DNA from: Paecilomyces variotii
Taxonomy: Eukaryota
Reading direction: 5' to 3' (one strand)
Assembly: GCA_004022145.1 (NCBI GenBank)
Contig: RCNU01000013.1
Length of the DNA stretch: 64,000 bases
Shown here piece by piece: positions 1 through 13,150 of the stretch (the stretch's first letter is position 1; each line of letters begins with the position of its first letter). A program made the translations under genes and the position numbers. A model generated the notes under the pieces. The model was given only the letters and a program-made list of their open reading frames with translations. It ran no database searches and was not told where the DNA came from.

Positions 1-2768
1 GGTGCTTAGTCTCCGTTGAAAGAAAAGAAGTCAAGGCACCAGTACTGTTCTCTTCCCTGTCGAAAAAGGAAATATCCTGGCGAAGCATTGTCCGAAACGC
101 TTGGCTGCGTGCGCGACGGATCAACTTCTCGGAGCTGAAAGCGAATGCAATACCCTGGATAGAGAAGGTACAGAACTGAACAATACCCACCACAAGGAAC
201 ATCAGAGACCAGAAGTTGGCGTCATGTCGGAGCTGTGCATACATGCTCGACGGCAGAGAGAGCGAATTGATGGCTTTGGCATACAACACAGCCTGGGTGG
301 GCTGTCCACCACCGGCCAGCATCGAGAAGAAGAGACCAATGAACATGAATTTCAGTTCCGGTTTGTTGAATGATGCGATGAATTTGATCAATGTCCACAA
401 TGAGTACTTTTCAGCGGCTTCGGGAGCTTCACGAGAGAGCACCTGACTGGATACGGATTTCTTAGTGTCAACCCGCTTCACTTGCTCTTTGAGCGCCTCA
501 TCCTCGGAATTGGAAACGCCGCCATAGCTTGCTGCGGTCTTCGTCTTCGCCAGTCCTTTATTTGCCAGAGCCTCGTCTTCATCTTCTTCATCTTCTAGAG
601 CCACAGCCCGTGCATCCTTTTCCTCATTGATGCGCTGCGCCTCGACCAGTTTAGCATAAGTTCCTTTCTTGTCAACCAGTTCATCATGGACTCCTTGCTC
701 TGCGATCTTGCCATTAACCAAGCAGACGATATTGTGAGCAGTCTTGATAGTCGACAGACGATGCGCAATGACGATGGTGGTTCTTCCTTCAGCTGCCTTG
801 TCCAGAGCTGCCTGGACAACCCCTTCTGACTTGGTGTCCAATGCAGACGTCGCTTCGTCGAGCAAGAGGATCTTGGGATCGCCGACAACAGCACGAGCAA
901 TGGCAATTCTCTGTTTCTGACCGCCGGAGAGTAGGAACCCGCGTTCTCCGACATGGGTGTCATAACCCTCCGGTAAATTTGTGATAAATTCATGTGCATT
1001 GGCCATGCGAGCCGCATCTTCGATTCTCGCTCTGATCTTTTCCTCGGGCTCATTCTCAAATCGGGAACCAATGAGACCATATCTGATGTTCTGGTAGATG
1101 GTGGTCGCGAAGAGAGTCGGCTCCTGGCTGACCAGTGAAACTTGCTGACGCAACCAGCGAAGATTGAGTGTCTGAATATCATGGCCATCAAGGTATACCG
1201 CACCTCCAGCAGGTATGTAAAAACGCTCTACCAGCCCGACGATTGTACTTTTTCCAGAACCCGAAGGACCGACAAGCGCTGTGGTTTTCCCTGCGGGTAT
1301 CACGAGGCTGACACCATCCATTACAGTTACCTCCGGTCGTGAAGGGTAAATGTGCCGTATATTTCGCAGTTCGATGTGACCTTCTACATGGTCGAGCTTG
1401 TCGCCTTCTTCTGACGACGGATCTAGGGGTGACACGCGGTCAATGGTGCTGTAGATCTTGACAGCAGCAGCCACAGCGCTTGTGAATGCTTGAGCGTTAG
1501 GTGACACGTTTCCCAGAGCAAAAGAACCAATTAGGACAGCCATCAGGATCGTTAGTACCTGCCCGACACCGACACTCTGGTCGACAACGAACCGGGAGCC
1601 CATCCAAAAGCCGAGACCATAGTTCAGGTACATGATACCGAACATAGCAGCGACCATGACCGCAAGAATCATCTGTAGCTTAGTTCCCCATTTCTCGGCC
1701 TCTTCCAGATGGATGTCATACTGCCTAGCGAGCTTTTCTTGCGTTCCAAAGGCAGTGGCGTTTCTGATCGAGCTAATCACCTCCTCCGCCACGGTTCCCC
1801 CCTGGCCATACGAGGCCAGAGATTGCTTGTTAAACTTGATGATAAACCTCGAACCACCGCCCATAACGAGAATAAGGGCAGCGATAGTGGAGGAGCAAAT
1901 AAGGGCCAGTTTCCAGTATTTGACGTAGGCGATAATGAAAGCCGTAACAAAGGTCGAGAGGGCAGTTAGCGTCAAGCCAACCTTCTCGGAGATACCATCT
2001 TGGATAAGATTGGTGTCAGCCGTGATGCGGGTTGTGATCTCGCCAGATCCAAGATTGTCGAAAAATGCGATATTTTGCTTCAAGATAGCCTGGAGGTAAT
2101 GCTCTCGGATCTTCTGGGTGACATGCTCGCCTGTGTAGATAAAGCCCACAGTACTGATGTAGATGGTCACGAACTCTGCAATTCCAAGGTACACAAAGTA
2201 GAGAACATTATGTGTAAGCTGGTGGTAGAACTCATGATATGGGATGTAGTTCAGTACGATCCCTTGCATAGCAGAGGCCAACTGCCCAAAAAGAATCTGC
2301 CAATGGTATTAGTAAACACGTCCTCGAGCACAAGATATCCGTTCTGGTAAACAATGAACCACGTACTGTGAATAGGGGCAAGGCAGCACCGGCAGCGATG
2401 GAGCAGATGGCGCTAACGAAGATGATAAAGAGATCAAGCTTGGAAGCGTATCTGTAGAGACCAAAGAATGTCACTTTGACATCCGGAGAGTGAAGCTGTT
2501 TCTTCAAGATTTCTCTCTCATGCTCCGGGAGGTGAGCGAAAACGGCATCAGCATCAGCCACAGCAGCTGCATTGGCGGAGCCCGACCCGGCATCTTTTGC
2601 CTTCGTCCCATCGCCCGTGACGGTTGATCCCGATATAGACTTCTGCTGCTCAATCACTTTCTCATTCTCAGCGGCGTCCTTTCGAGGCTGTTCTTCAGCT
2701 TCCTTTGTCAACGCCTGGTCCACGCGCTTCTCCAGGGAAGCGGGGTTTCCGTCGTTCTCCCCCTCCAT
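1..2768 (-). CDS. mdr1: ABCB-type (P-glycoprotein-like) multidrug ABC transporter, N-terminal half; continues beyond the left edge
   Basis: ATG at 2768 (MEGENDGNP...). Intron 2297-2366 (GTACGT...GGCAG). Exon 2 is open to position 1 and encodes TMD1 and NBD1 with Walker A GPSGSGKST, signature LSGGQKQRIAIARA and Walker B ILLLDEATSALD, then the linker. The ORF track misses it because it runs off the window. AtrD/Mdr1-like. Confidence 0.95.
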
Positions 2769-4036
2769 GACGAGGTGGATTTTCCTGTGCTGATATCAAT
2801 TGCAGATCCAGCAGATTGCAGTCGTTGAACACAAAAAAACAATGACGATAGCAGCCTCTTTCGAGAACTGACGCTGCTAATGACGAGACGATGTGGCGGA
2901 ACCAGTGTTGCTACCTTTCCGGTCTTCTGATAGTACGGGACAGCAACTCAAGATCTATATGAACCGCCACTCTGATAAAGTCCTATCAAGACGACATCTC
3001 CAGCAGTAAGTACGCGTGCAGACAAGAGGGATGCAGTCAACAGGCGCGTAGCTGGCCAAATGATTCTTGTCTGGAGGGAGGGAGGCGAAGGGGGGTTAAG
3101 TGCAACCACAGATCGGACCGTCCGTCGAGGAGAACGGGGAACGCCTTAATCTTATTATGGGGTATTTGTTTGTTCATAGCAGGCGCAAAAGGATGCCTGC
3201 GAATAATTCTAGACGCTTACCGAACCGGACGATCGCTTCACCGTGGATTCAGAGCAAAAACACCAGATCAAAGAGTGGCCCCTGATAGAGATGTCTTGCT
3301 TTCGGGAGGGTCTAGTCCCGACGCTTTTTATGCACAACTTTATCTCTAGGCTTTTTCGTCCGCCCGCTAGCTAACAAAATTAAGACATTTGGGGAGCTTT
3401 TCTGGAAAAAAGAGGGGCATCTTTTTTTGATACGTCCGTGTGCTTTGAGCTAGAGCATATGGACCTTCCCCAGTCGGGATCCCGCTCCGCACTTAAACGT
3501 GTTTAAGGCCTGAAGGGATGCTTCCAGGGTCGTCAAGATCCATAGAGTTGGAAAATGAGTAACTCGGTAACTAGTTAATATACAACAGCTGAGTAAGAAG
3601 TTAGAACAGAACAAGTTGTGCTGCAGAAACTTACCATATCTAGATCTAGTCTGGATCCATGACGAAACGATGGTGAATTAATTGTTGGCGCAGGAGAAAA
3701 CCAGGACGATCTGCTGGCCCGTAAGCACTGCTGATGACGCCGAAAGATAGCGAATACGAGAAATACGATACCCGAGTCATAGCAGATTCCGCCCCCGCCA
3801 CAGTGGTGGAATAAGGGAAAAGACTGGTTAAATTACAGACCAGATCCGTTCGACGCTAGTTTTATTAAGACTCCCTCACAACTCGGGGCTATTATTTCGT
3901 CCGTCATTGTTGAACAGCTGTTCTTCAACAGGAGGTTGTTTTGACGCCAGAAACAGCGTCGTTGTCGGTGTGCAGGATGTCAGATGATCAGTAAAGCAAA
4001 ACTCGGTATTGTATTATTATTACATTATAGTCTCAG

Positions 4037-4072
4037 CCGACTTTTAAGTTCGGAGAGTCGGAAAGTCGGAGA
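4037..4072. promoter_or_regulatory. Cluster of CGG triplets, candidate Zn2Cys6 transcription factor site upstream of the ABC transporter
   Basis: CCGACTTTTAAGTTCGGAGAGTCGGAAAGTCGGAGA: three TCGGA direct repeats 8 nt apart, plus the inverted pair CCGACTTT/AAAGTCGG, about 1.3 kb upstream of the ATG. Confidence 0.35.
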
Positions 4073-6168
4073 TGTCTTCCACATTATTATACTACTAACG
4101 CAGCGTAACATCGGCGGGGATTATTGAAGCACAAGTCATCAAACCCATGATTTTACCAGGCCACATCTTACTTCGATAGCAAGCAGATATATGTACACTA
4201 GGTACATGAAACGAGTGCGTTCGTGTACACGGCACATGTTACCCACCAGAACAAGCGGGTCTCCAGTAGAGATCGACCCGCAACTGTCTACTCCGTAATA
4301 ATAAAAATACTTTAAGCGTACTCCGTATGTCCAAAAACAAATGACTACGAGGCTAATAATAATAAGTAGCTCATTACAGTATTATCATCACCACATGATG
4401 TCCATGGTTGATAGATTGGTCCAAAGACGTCCTGAAAATTCCTGCTAGTTCAGGAATCTCTCGTAATCGCATATTATCCTGTTCTTTTTCTCAGCACTTG
4501 GATCTGCAGGTCTCTATAGTTCAGGCAACAGCGATGTTACGCATGCTAGGGTGAACGGAGAGCCTATAACTATCGTAGACTCTACGGAGTACTCTATCTA
4601 ATAGTATGTCTTGCCAAGAAACAAAGATCTAAGTAATGCGCTAGGACCATCTGACACAAGACAGACCACATCAATTAGTTATTATTATTGCATGCTGGTA
4701 CGTATTATTTCCAACGATAATCCCTGACGTCTAGTACACCGCAAGATTACAGTTCCGAATTCAATAAATTCCCGACGATATGATTCACAATGAGTCACTT
4801 GAACCTCTTAGGGTCCTTCGTAACCTCGTATATTTTGACTCAGAATTCAAGTCTCGATTATTTCGAGTAATGTGTGCGATCAAGTTAGAATGTTCTAGCG
4901 TGGAACCTGGATATGCTTGCGTTCTCCATCTCGGCCGTCACTGCCCAAAAGGTTTATTGTAGGTATTTCCCATTACCGCGCCTTGTCTTTTTGAGCATTA
5001 GGGCATCCATCAATCATCACCGTCCGTCGCCATGCCGCATCGGGATTCCGGACGCCGACCCTCCGGTATGGCTTATTAAGGGGAATATAGAGAAGAAGAA
5101 CCAAGTTAATTACTGTGTTAACATCCTGGTTTATTATTTTCTCTTGCAAAACCGTCAAGTCATCATAGATTCATAGGTTCGATGTCCCTTACCACTGGTT
5201 CTGCCTTGTAGTTATAGTCGACTGTCTGCTGCGTTAAGAGCAGACTACCGAAGAAAGTCGACTTATTCCTGATATATCGAAGCATATCACGTTCCTTTCG
5301 AGGCCAACAGTTCCATTTCGAGCAAATGATCTTAAGTATAACTAAGAAAATGTGGAAGACGATATTTACTACCACTTTTCTCAATGGCTCATAAGGCCAT
5401 CACGATACAGTAGGAGTCAGGGCTCGGATAAGATATAGAGCACATCTACATCATGGTTGAGGCTTATCTTGCCTCCTTTTCCTTGTCCTTGAGGAAATGA
5501 CATGTTACTTAGTAGTTAATACTTTGCTCAGGGAATCAATGGGTTCGACGAGGTCTTCCATCCTATTGACTCAAGCAAGTTTCTATTGACTACTACCAAC
5601 CAGAGTAAAAACCAGATCCCATACCCTCATCTACAAGCAGCTATATTAATCAGCCCTCATTTGATTCATAACTAACTTAGTTACAGTCCCAGAATCACTG
5701 AGCCCCTTATAATGTTCGATCCACAGGCTCATACCATACTTGGCTCCTAACAGGCTTCGCTACTGACCTATGTATATACATATCCATTCTCGCCTCTCCA
5801 AATGCCATATTTCTTTCATCAGCCGCGGTAGGTGGTCCTTTCCCCCGGAAAGAGAGACCAGAAAACTTGTTGGCGCTGCGATGCACCGTGAGACCAAACG
5901 TTGCACCTAAAGGACACCTTTTCCTGATGGGGTCGAGAGCTGATATCTTGTTGAATCCAATATAGCCAAACAATAGATAATTCTTTCGAAATCCTCCGAC
6001 TACATAGAGCAAGCTAGATCTACGGTCCCATTCTCGCTAGATGATTTAACACGCAATACACCAAAAAGCAGTAGACAACCATTATTGAATTGGCACAGAC
6101 GAGTAGTTAGAACAGAACCGCGGACTCTGATTGGTCAGCAGAAGTCCGCGCAGACATTCAAATTCCAC

Positions 6169-6207
6169 ATCACATGACCTCCCTCAAGCGAACCCACTAA
6201 GCCCTAA
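6169..6207 (+). promoter_or_regulatory. Ribosomal-protein promoter module: Cbf1-type ATCACATG and Tbf1-type AGCCCTAA
   Basis: ATCACATG at 6169-6176 fits RTCACRTG. AGCCCTAA at 6200-6207. Both lie 110-150 nt upstream of the rpl39 ATG. Confidence 0.5.
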
Positions 6208-6319
6208 TTACCCACACAAAAATCGCCATCCGGAAAGGGCTTCGAGTTGGCCGACGTTCGACAACATCACCACCGCTCCAAGTCCATATCGAAGCTCGCC
6301 ATCGCGACAAGCCTTCAAG

Positions 6320-6766
6320 ATGCCGGTTAGCAGCGCCCTGTTTATCCCTTGATATTGACGGCAGGATCAGAAATCTGATTCTCAGTCGTCGAAACTCGCA
6401 AGTTGAGCAAAGTGCTAATGGATTATATATGAAATAGAGCCACAAGTCTTTCCGCACCAAGCAGAAGCTTGCCAAAGCTCAGAAGCAGAACCGTCCCATC
6501 CCTCAGTGGATTCGTCTCAGGACTGGCAACACCATCAGGTAATGAACTTCCTAGTTCCTTTTTCTTCAAAGAAAAAAGTCCCTCGAGAATTCGACAGATA
6601 TACCCCTCCGTCCATCCGTCCGTGAACATGGGGCTGGATGTCGAATACGAGAAATACGCACACATAAAACTATCGATGAAGAATAAAATCGCTGACTGGT
6701 ATCTCTCTGGACTACAGATACAACGCCAAGAGGAGACATTGGCGCAAGACTCGCCTCGGCATCTAG
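6320..6766 (+). CDS. rpl39: 60S ribosomal protein L39 (eL39), 51 aa
   Basis: Exons 6320-6325, 6438-6538 and 6718-6766 splice to [51 protein letters not shown]. Not present in the ORF track. Confidence 0.98.
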
Positions 6767-8007
6767 ATTCGACGACTCTTCGCATCCTTTCTCTGCCCGA
6801 TATGTATTCGCTTTGAGTCAACATGCGTCCCCTACGGGCTCCTCTCTGAACATCTGTCTCGCTACCTCGTATATGGATTCTCTTTGATGACCGATTCCGC
6901 CTCCCGAAATCCTCTCCTTTAAATCGTGTGAACGGAACTGCATGGGAAGAAAAAAAGGAAGGACTGGCAATGGAAAAAAGAACAAAAATAAAACAAGACG
7001 GGTTGACGGAATACGGTTCATGTTAGCGACGACAGGATAATGAAGGGAGGAGGGGTTTCCGATAGGAACTTTTTGTGGAAATGGATATGAGACGTATGCG
7101 ACGAAAAGGTCAGATCTCTGGTTCGGACATTGCATGTACTGAATCGAGATTATTTCTAAAGAACCCAAAAAGAAGAAAATTTCATGGTAATGAGCGGTGA
7201 AAAAAAAGTGATCGACATATCAAGTGAATACATATTTGTTCATGTCAGTTTTATCGGCAGGGAAAGGAAGGAATAAAGAATTATCGTCGAATTCGAAAAT
7301 GTCGTTGCTTCTATGCCATACATGCATGCAGTCTTGAGAAATTTATGATAGAAAGGCTTCTCCAACGAATCCATCCTGTCGTATGCGGTTGTTAACTACG
7401 CATATGGGTAATTGTCTAGGCGAATGTTGAAATATGCTAAGGGCTTTTGAAAAAAAGACATAAAGGAGGTCTAGTTGTAACAGTATTCTAGTATTGCCCA
7501 TCAACATACACATGGTAGCACAGTAAGGTGGTTTCCTTGGAATATAAATACACTTGTGACTACGCCAGACGAAGATAGCATCTTGTTCTATCTTAAATCT
7601 GACGTACCTTGTGACTTAACGATTTATTGGAAGTTGCGGGGGTGCTATGTTGCTGGTAAGAATCCCAACAGCATCTACGCTATCTACTTTGGCAAAGCTA
7701 GTTGCGCAGGGTATGTATTCGTAAAATCTCCTGAACCCGATACAAGCAATACAAGGCAAAGCAAGCATAACGACCCGTGATTGGGAAACAATTTATGATG
7801 GTGTGTAGTTGGTGTTTGTAGAAGCGGGAATTAGAAGGGGTCAAGGCGAAATGCGTAGAACGCCGATGAGATGTGAGATTCGTGGACTATCCATCACCCG
7901 GGATATCAGAGACCTCTCCATCGAGGCACGGCATATCAACCGGGGGCTGCATAGTCACATAGCAATAACGGCATGATTTCGAGGTCATAAAATCGAGATG
8001 GAGTCGT

Positions 8008-8778
8008 TTAGCGGCTGAAAAAAAAAAGTCAGTCTAAATTATCCATGGTGACATGTGGCTAAACAGGAAGCTCTTACTCCTCAGCCCACTCGTTCTCGCG
8101 ACGAATCTGGTCCTCCTCCTCGGGAGTGAAGTCATTCTGGATGTTGAAGGTCTTGCGAATCTCTTCGGGGGACTTGCCCTTGATCATATTGGCAACTGTC
8201 TTGCAGCCGACGTCGAGAAGAGCTTTGATATCGAGGTAGTTGGCAGCCTGCACTCAAGTCAGCTTTCCCTACGACCCAGACAGAGTGCCACATCGTTCGA
8301 AACATACCAGGATGATCTCGAAAAGCATCTCCTGGTCAACCTGCATGAACTTCTGGTCCCACTCATCGATATCCGTCGTCTTGCGGCGGGAGTCGTCCTC
8401 GTCACCGGTGCTGGGAGGGTCGTTCTTGTGGTGAGTACACCATTCGATGACCTTCTTCAGGACAGACTCGTTGACCTATGCGATCTGTCTCAGTATGTTT
8501 CTCTTCGACGGATGGACCTGCGATAGGTCACTGACATTGGGAATAGGAATAGCCTCGCCAGAATCACCCAGATCCTCCAGCATGTTTTTGATCAGAATGG
8601 ACCGCTCCGCAACTTCGCGCTCTGTTCACATCCAAGTCAGCATCAATTAACCTAGATCAACCAGCGACTTCGCAACAAGTCTGAAGTCGAGAACCACTTG
8701 TTGAAACCCACCGATGGTGATATCGACGCCATCAGAGCTGGTCAAAGTGATCATGTTGGAACCAGTAGCAGTGGCCAT
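8008..8778 (-). CDS. skp1: SCF ubiquitin ligase subunit Skp1 / sulfur controller SconC
   Basis: ATG at 8778, four coding introns. Translation [17 protein letters not shown]...[19 protein letters not shown]...[12 protein letters not shown]...[35 protein letters not shown]. The last coding exon is 7 nt (8008-8014). Probable 5'UTR intron at about 8799-8931. Confidence 0.97.
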
Positions 8779-9302
8779 TTTGAAAAGAAATGCTGTTTCT
8801 GCAGCACGGTCGGGTGACAATAAATTTTCTGTCTCGGTTTCTGTTTGCTCGATATGTCAACCCTGTCTCCAAGTACTCTACTCTGCATTCAGCTGCCCCA
8901 GTAGATGGAGGGCGGGGTTGAGCTAGCTTACCTAGATGCTTCGCAGCGTGACGATTCGTGACGGTGTGGAAGTGAACCGAAGATGGAGGTTAGAGCAGAA
9001 TTTCTACCTGACAGCGGAGAACAAAGGCGTCAAGTGTTGTCGGAGATGCCTAGAGTCTAGCAGTGACAAGAAGGCGGTGATTGTTCAGTGACGGAGAATA
9101 CTGAACTGCCGACCAGAGCCTTTGAACTGTCTGGGGACTGCGCCCCCGCCCGGCGGCCCAGGGAAGCCGGTGGTTGGCAGCAGGCCACCGCCTGCCTAGA
9201 AGCGCCAGGAGCCTCATTCTTGGTAAAGACACTGAGCAGTGATGGAATAACAATAATAATAATAATTCTTCTCACAGTCGTCTCTGGGATGGCAGTCTTT
9301 TG

Positions 9303-9334
9303 ACAAAGGAACAAAGGAACAAAGGAGCAAAGGA
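9303..9334. repeat. Tandem 8-mer (ACAAAGGA)x4, one unit imperfect, in the skp1-smp3 divergent promoter
   Basis: acaaaggaacaaaggaacaaaggagcaaagga read directly. Confidence 0.85.
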
Positions 9335-10072
9335 ACTAGGGTACCTGCGCGCCTACTAGGAGTAATAGTTAATAGTTATGGTTACTAATTAAAGTCCTGA
9401 CCAAGAAACTGTAACATGTCTTTGACCACACTCTTATTATTGTCCCTTATACTGGCATAAATATTGCTTTTGCTGATCGTTTCTTGGCTAGATGCATATA
9501 AGATAAAGAAAGGGGCGCATCAGTGTCATGGATTGCCTCGCACGACCGGCTTATATGGTCAATGATTGCTCCAGGTTGCTTATCCATGTAAATACTGCGT
9601 ACAATTGGTTGAGTTGTTGGTTGTTTGTTCAAGGGGAAAAGGACAGCAGACTGAGAGATCGACAGGATGAACAGTCCTCCATATCGGTGCTCCAGGGCAT
9701 ATCCATCTTAAATTCCCCTCTGAATGACTGTTGACTCGCTAGTACGACTATAAGCAAATCTAGATAGAACTTTGCGAGATTAATCATTATTATAGCCGCT
9801 TAAAACGGACAACTAGCGCCCTGCTCGCGACGTCATGCCTCTTGGACGCGTCCGATACGAAATTAATGCCGAATCAGGCAGTTCACCAACTCCCTCCTCC
9901 ACCAGGCCCGGGCCGCCGCTCAGTCTCCCTGCACTCCTTTCTTAACGGACTTTTCAAACTTATCCCTGTGACCCCCAAGCAATGTTCAGAACGTATAACC
10001 GTTGACCTCCTCTCTGCAACACACAGCATGCGCCCCTGGAGCTTTGCCAACGCTGCCATCTTCGTCTGAGCA

Positions 10073-11976
10073 ATGTGGAGACGCATCTACTTGCTCCTCC
10101 TGCTGGTTCGTGTCTACTTCGCCCTTTCGCCGAGCTATCTGCACCCTGATGAGAATTTCCAAGGTCCAGAGGTGTTCGCAGGTATGTCGCCGTTCGAGTT
10201 CACTCCCAGAATCGGATGCGCACCACCTCCGCCCGACTCCCTGCCCCGAAAGCCACAAAACAAATACTGGCGACCGCCTTTCTTTGGCCGCAGTGGTCCA
10301 ATATGCGACTGGCAACTAATCCCACTCGATAGGGCGAATCTACTCGTATCCAGCAGAGTTGACATGGGAGTTCACATCTGCGCATCCGATCCGCAGCGTC
10401 TTTCCGCTATGGATCGTCTACGGCTTGCCGATGAGCGTTCTCAAGTGGTTTTACAACGAGGCCGGCAATGAGGGACCCCCTCCAGAGCTCGTATACTATG
10501 TCTTGCGTGGAGTGATGTTCGTTTTGAGCTTTGTTCTCGAGGACTGGGCCATCTACGAGCTGGTCTCCTCGCCGCGCCATCGCCTCCAGACGTTGGCTCT
10601 GGTCGCATCATCTTATGTCACCTGGACATATCAGACGCACACCTTCTCCAACTCATTAGAGACGCTCTCGGTGGCCTGGGGTCTGGTGCTAATAAAAAGG
10701 ATCGTGGAAAACAAGGTTTGATTATGCGCACTGATTTGATGGTCATATGCTAACCTGGACGCCAACAGAACCACTCGGGCTTCTTCTCCTGTGTCGTTCT
10801 CTCCTTCGTTGCGGTCGTTGGTGTCTTTAATCGAATAACTTTTCCTGCCTTTCTCTTGATACCCGGGTTACAATTGCTGCCCCATTTTGTTCGAAAGTGC
10901 GTTTGTCCCGGCAAAAGTGGTTTCCGTCTGTCGCTGACCTTTCGTATCACAGACCGTTCTCCATTATCTCTCTCGTAGTGTTCGGGGCTATCTTCACCGT
11001 GATAGCTATTCTTACCGACACCTTCTTCTACAATCCGCCCTCGATATCGACTCTTGACTCTCTTCGTTCTCTCGTTATAACTCCTCTGAACAATCTCCGT
11101 TACAACTCGAATTCCGCCAACCTAGCTACTCATGGCCTCCACCCTCATTATCAGCACTTCCTCGTGAATTTTCCAGAGCTTCTTGGTCCGGTATACATCA
11201 TGATCTGCCTGGCACCCTTGACGCGGTCGTTAGTGTCTGTCCGCTTAAGGAACCGACGTGCTCTATCTGCCATATCTGCCACCATAATCTTATCGATCTT
11301 CCCACACCAGGAAGCTCGTTTCTTGGTTCCATGCATTCCTCTTCTCTTGACTTGCGTAAGACCACGCAAGTCAAAAATATTCTTGGTGGCATGGATCATC
11401 TTCAATGCTGCTCTAGGATTTCTGATGGGCATATACCACCAAGGAGGCATCGTGCCTGTTCAGCTTCAGATCCCATCTATTGTTTCAACAAACATACAAA
11501 GTTCGCCTGCACTTAAAGCGAATCTTGACACAGTCCCATCAGCGACCGTGCTATGGTGGAAAACATACTCGCCTCCGCGATGGTTACTCGGTGACAACAG
11601 CAGTCTTCCCTTCCGTCTGACCACTCGCGATCTGATGGGTATCTCCGGACCGGACATGGTTCAGGAGCTGGAAAGGATTGTTCCAAGCTGTCCGGCAGTC
11701 CGCAAGTCCGAATCAAAAGAGAGCACTCATGACGATCCCACTGACCAGGATTCTGTCTTCCTGGTTGCCCCTCGCTCAGCTACATTTCTAGACCAATACA
11801 CTCAGCCATCTCCAACTGACCCTTCAGCCCTCCGTTTCCAGAACGTCTGGACGTACGAGAGACATCTCAATCTCGACGACCTCGATTTCGGTGACGACGG
11901 TGTCATCCCGACGCTGAAACGCGTCCTCGGCAGACGAGGTTTGAGTGTCTGGGCCGTGAAGAAAGCAGGCTGTTGA
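10073..11976 (+). CDS. smp3: GPI mannosyltransferase 4 (Smp3/PIG-Z, GT22 family)
   Basis: Introns 10182-10332, 10716-10768 and 10897-10952 restore one frame. Motifs [18 protein letters not shown]...[40 protein letters not shown] and WWKTYSPP. Confidence 0.93.
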
Positions 11977-13150
11977 TGATCACCAGCTCCGTTTCTTTCT
12001 TTCTTTTTTTTATTTCACTTTTTTTTTTCTTCTCCTTAATTTCATTTCCTCATTGATACCACGGGTGGTTAACGGAAGCGTTACGCTCCTTAACCAAGAT
12101 TGGATGGGAAAAGGACGGCACGAGGACAGGGGACCTGGATTGGACTTAGGGGAAAACAGGTGGGAAGGCATTAGATACCGGCACGGGGAATTGGAATTGG
12201 AATTCGGATTTGCTGCATGCCTGTTAATATAGGCTTTTGAGAAGAAATCCTCTTCTTCTAACTTATAACTATCCCTCCATTTTCAGAATTAGACATCTAA
12301 TCCATCATATCCTAACTTATTCGTCTGTTCGAAGACATAATTTATTTAATAGTCCATTACCCAATCACAGTAATAGAGATGTCCCAACTCTCCCTTGATT
12401 GGAATTATACTACTAGATAGATACTTAGGGAGAGCGTTATATCAACGGGCCTAAAACGAGATTGAGTCTGAGACTTACCCCGGCGGCAACAACCGTGTGA
12501 CGGAAATGGTCATCAGATCTGCGCGCTTGACCACATCCTAGCTCCACTTCTTTCTAGACCTGCCCTACTATCTAACTGTACCAGCTATGTTAGCTAGCTA
12601 TTCGCCTTTCGAATCGATTATCAATCCTAGATGAAGAGCTACTGATTATGGGTCTACGAAATGCGACTGGCTAGGTAGTTGATGGCTGGACTGAAATAGA
12701 GCTCAGCAGATTAACTGCAGATATGAGCTCTCAGTAGATTACATGCTGCTAGTTTTATTTCTGTTCTTCTCTTAGAACCATGGTGGTAGAAGTTGAATGA
12801 TTTCATGATATGCTCATTTTGGCCGTCACCTTAAGTACATAATCAGGAGACTGGAATGTCTCCACTAGGAGATCTCGACACCAGAGAGGTTGTGTGGACA
12901 GATGGGGAAAATACCGGGCGGACATTGCATTTTGTTCGGGGGATCTGAGAGAGCAAGTTGGAAGATAGGGGAGAAGCCAGCTAAGCGGTGTAGAACACGA
13001 ACGTCGGCCCGGACATGGCTCCGAAACAGCGAACTGCATCGTGAAAGGGATGGCTTGCAACTAGACATAATTCATAGAGGACAGAGTTGCCTTAAAAGAG
13101 TATCACGGATGTAGGAAACTTGAGTGAGACGGGAAATGATGGTGGACAGA

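Noticed and set aside
595..2350. Multiple ORF-track entries over the ABC transporter
   Set aside because: Alternate-frame or antisense shadows of the real CDS, which runs off the window.
3731..3757. CTGATGA...GCGAATAC resembling a hammerhead ribozyme core
   Set aside because: GAAT instead of GAAA after the putative stem II, wrong closing pair, and no stems I or III.
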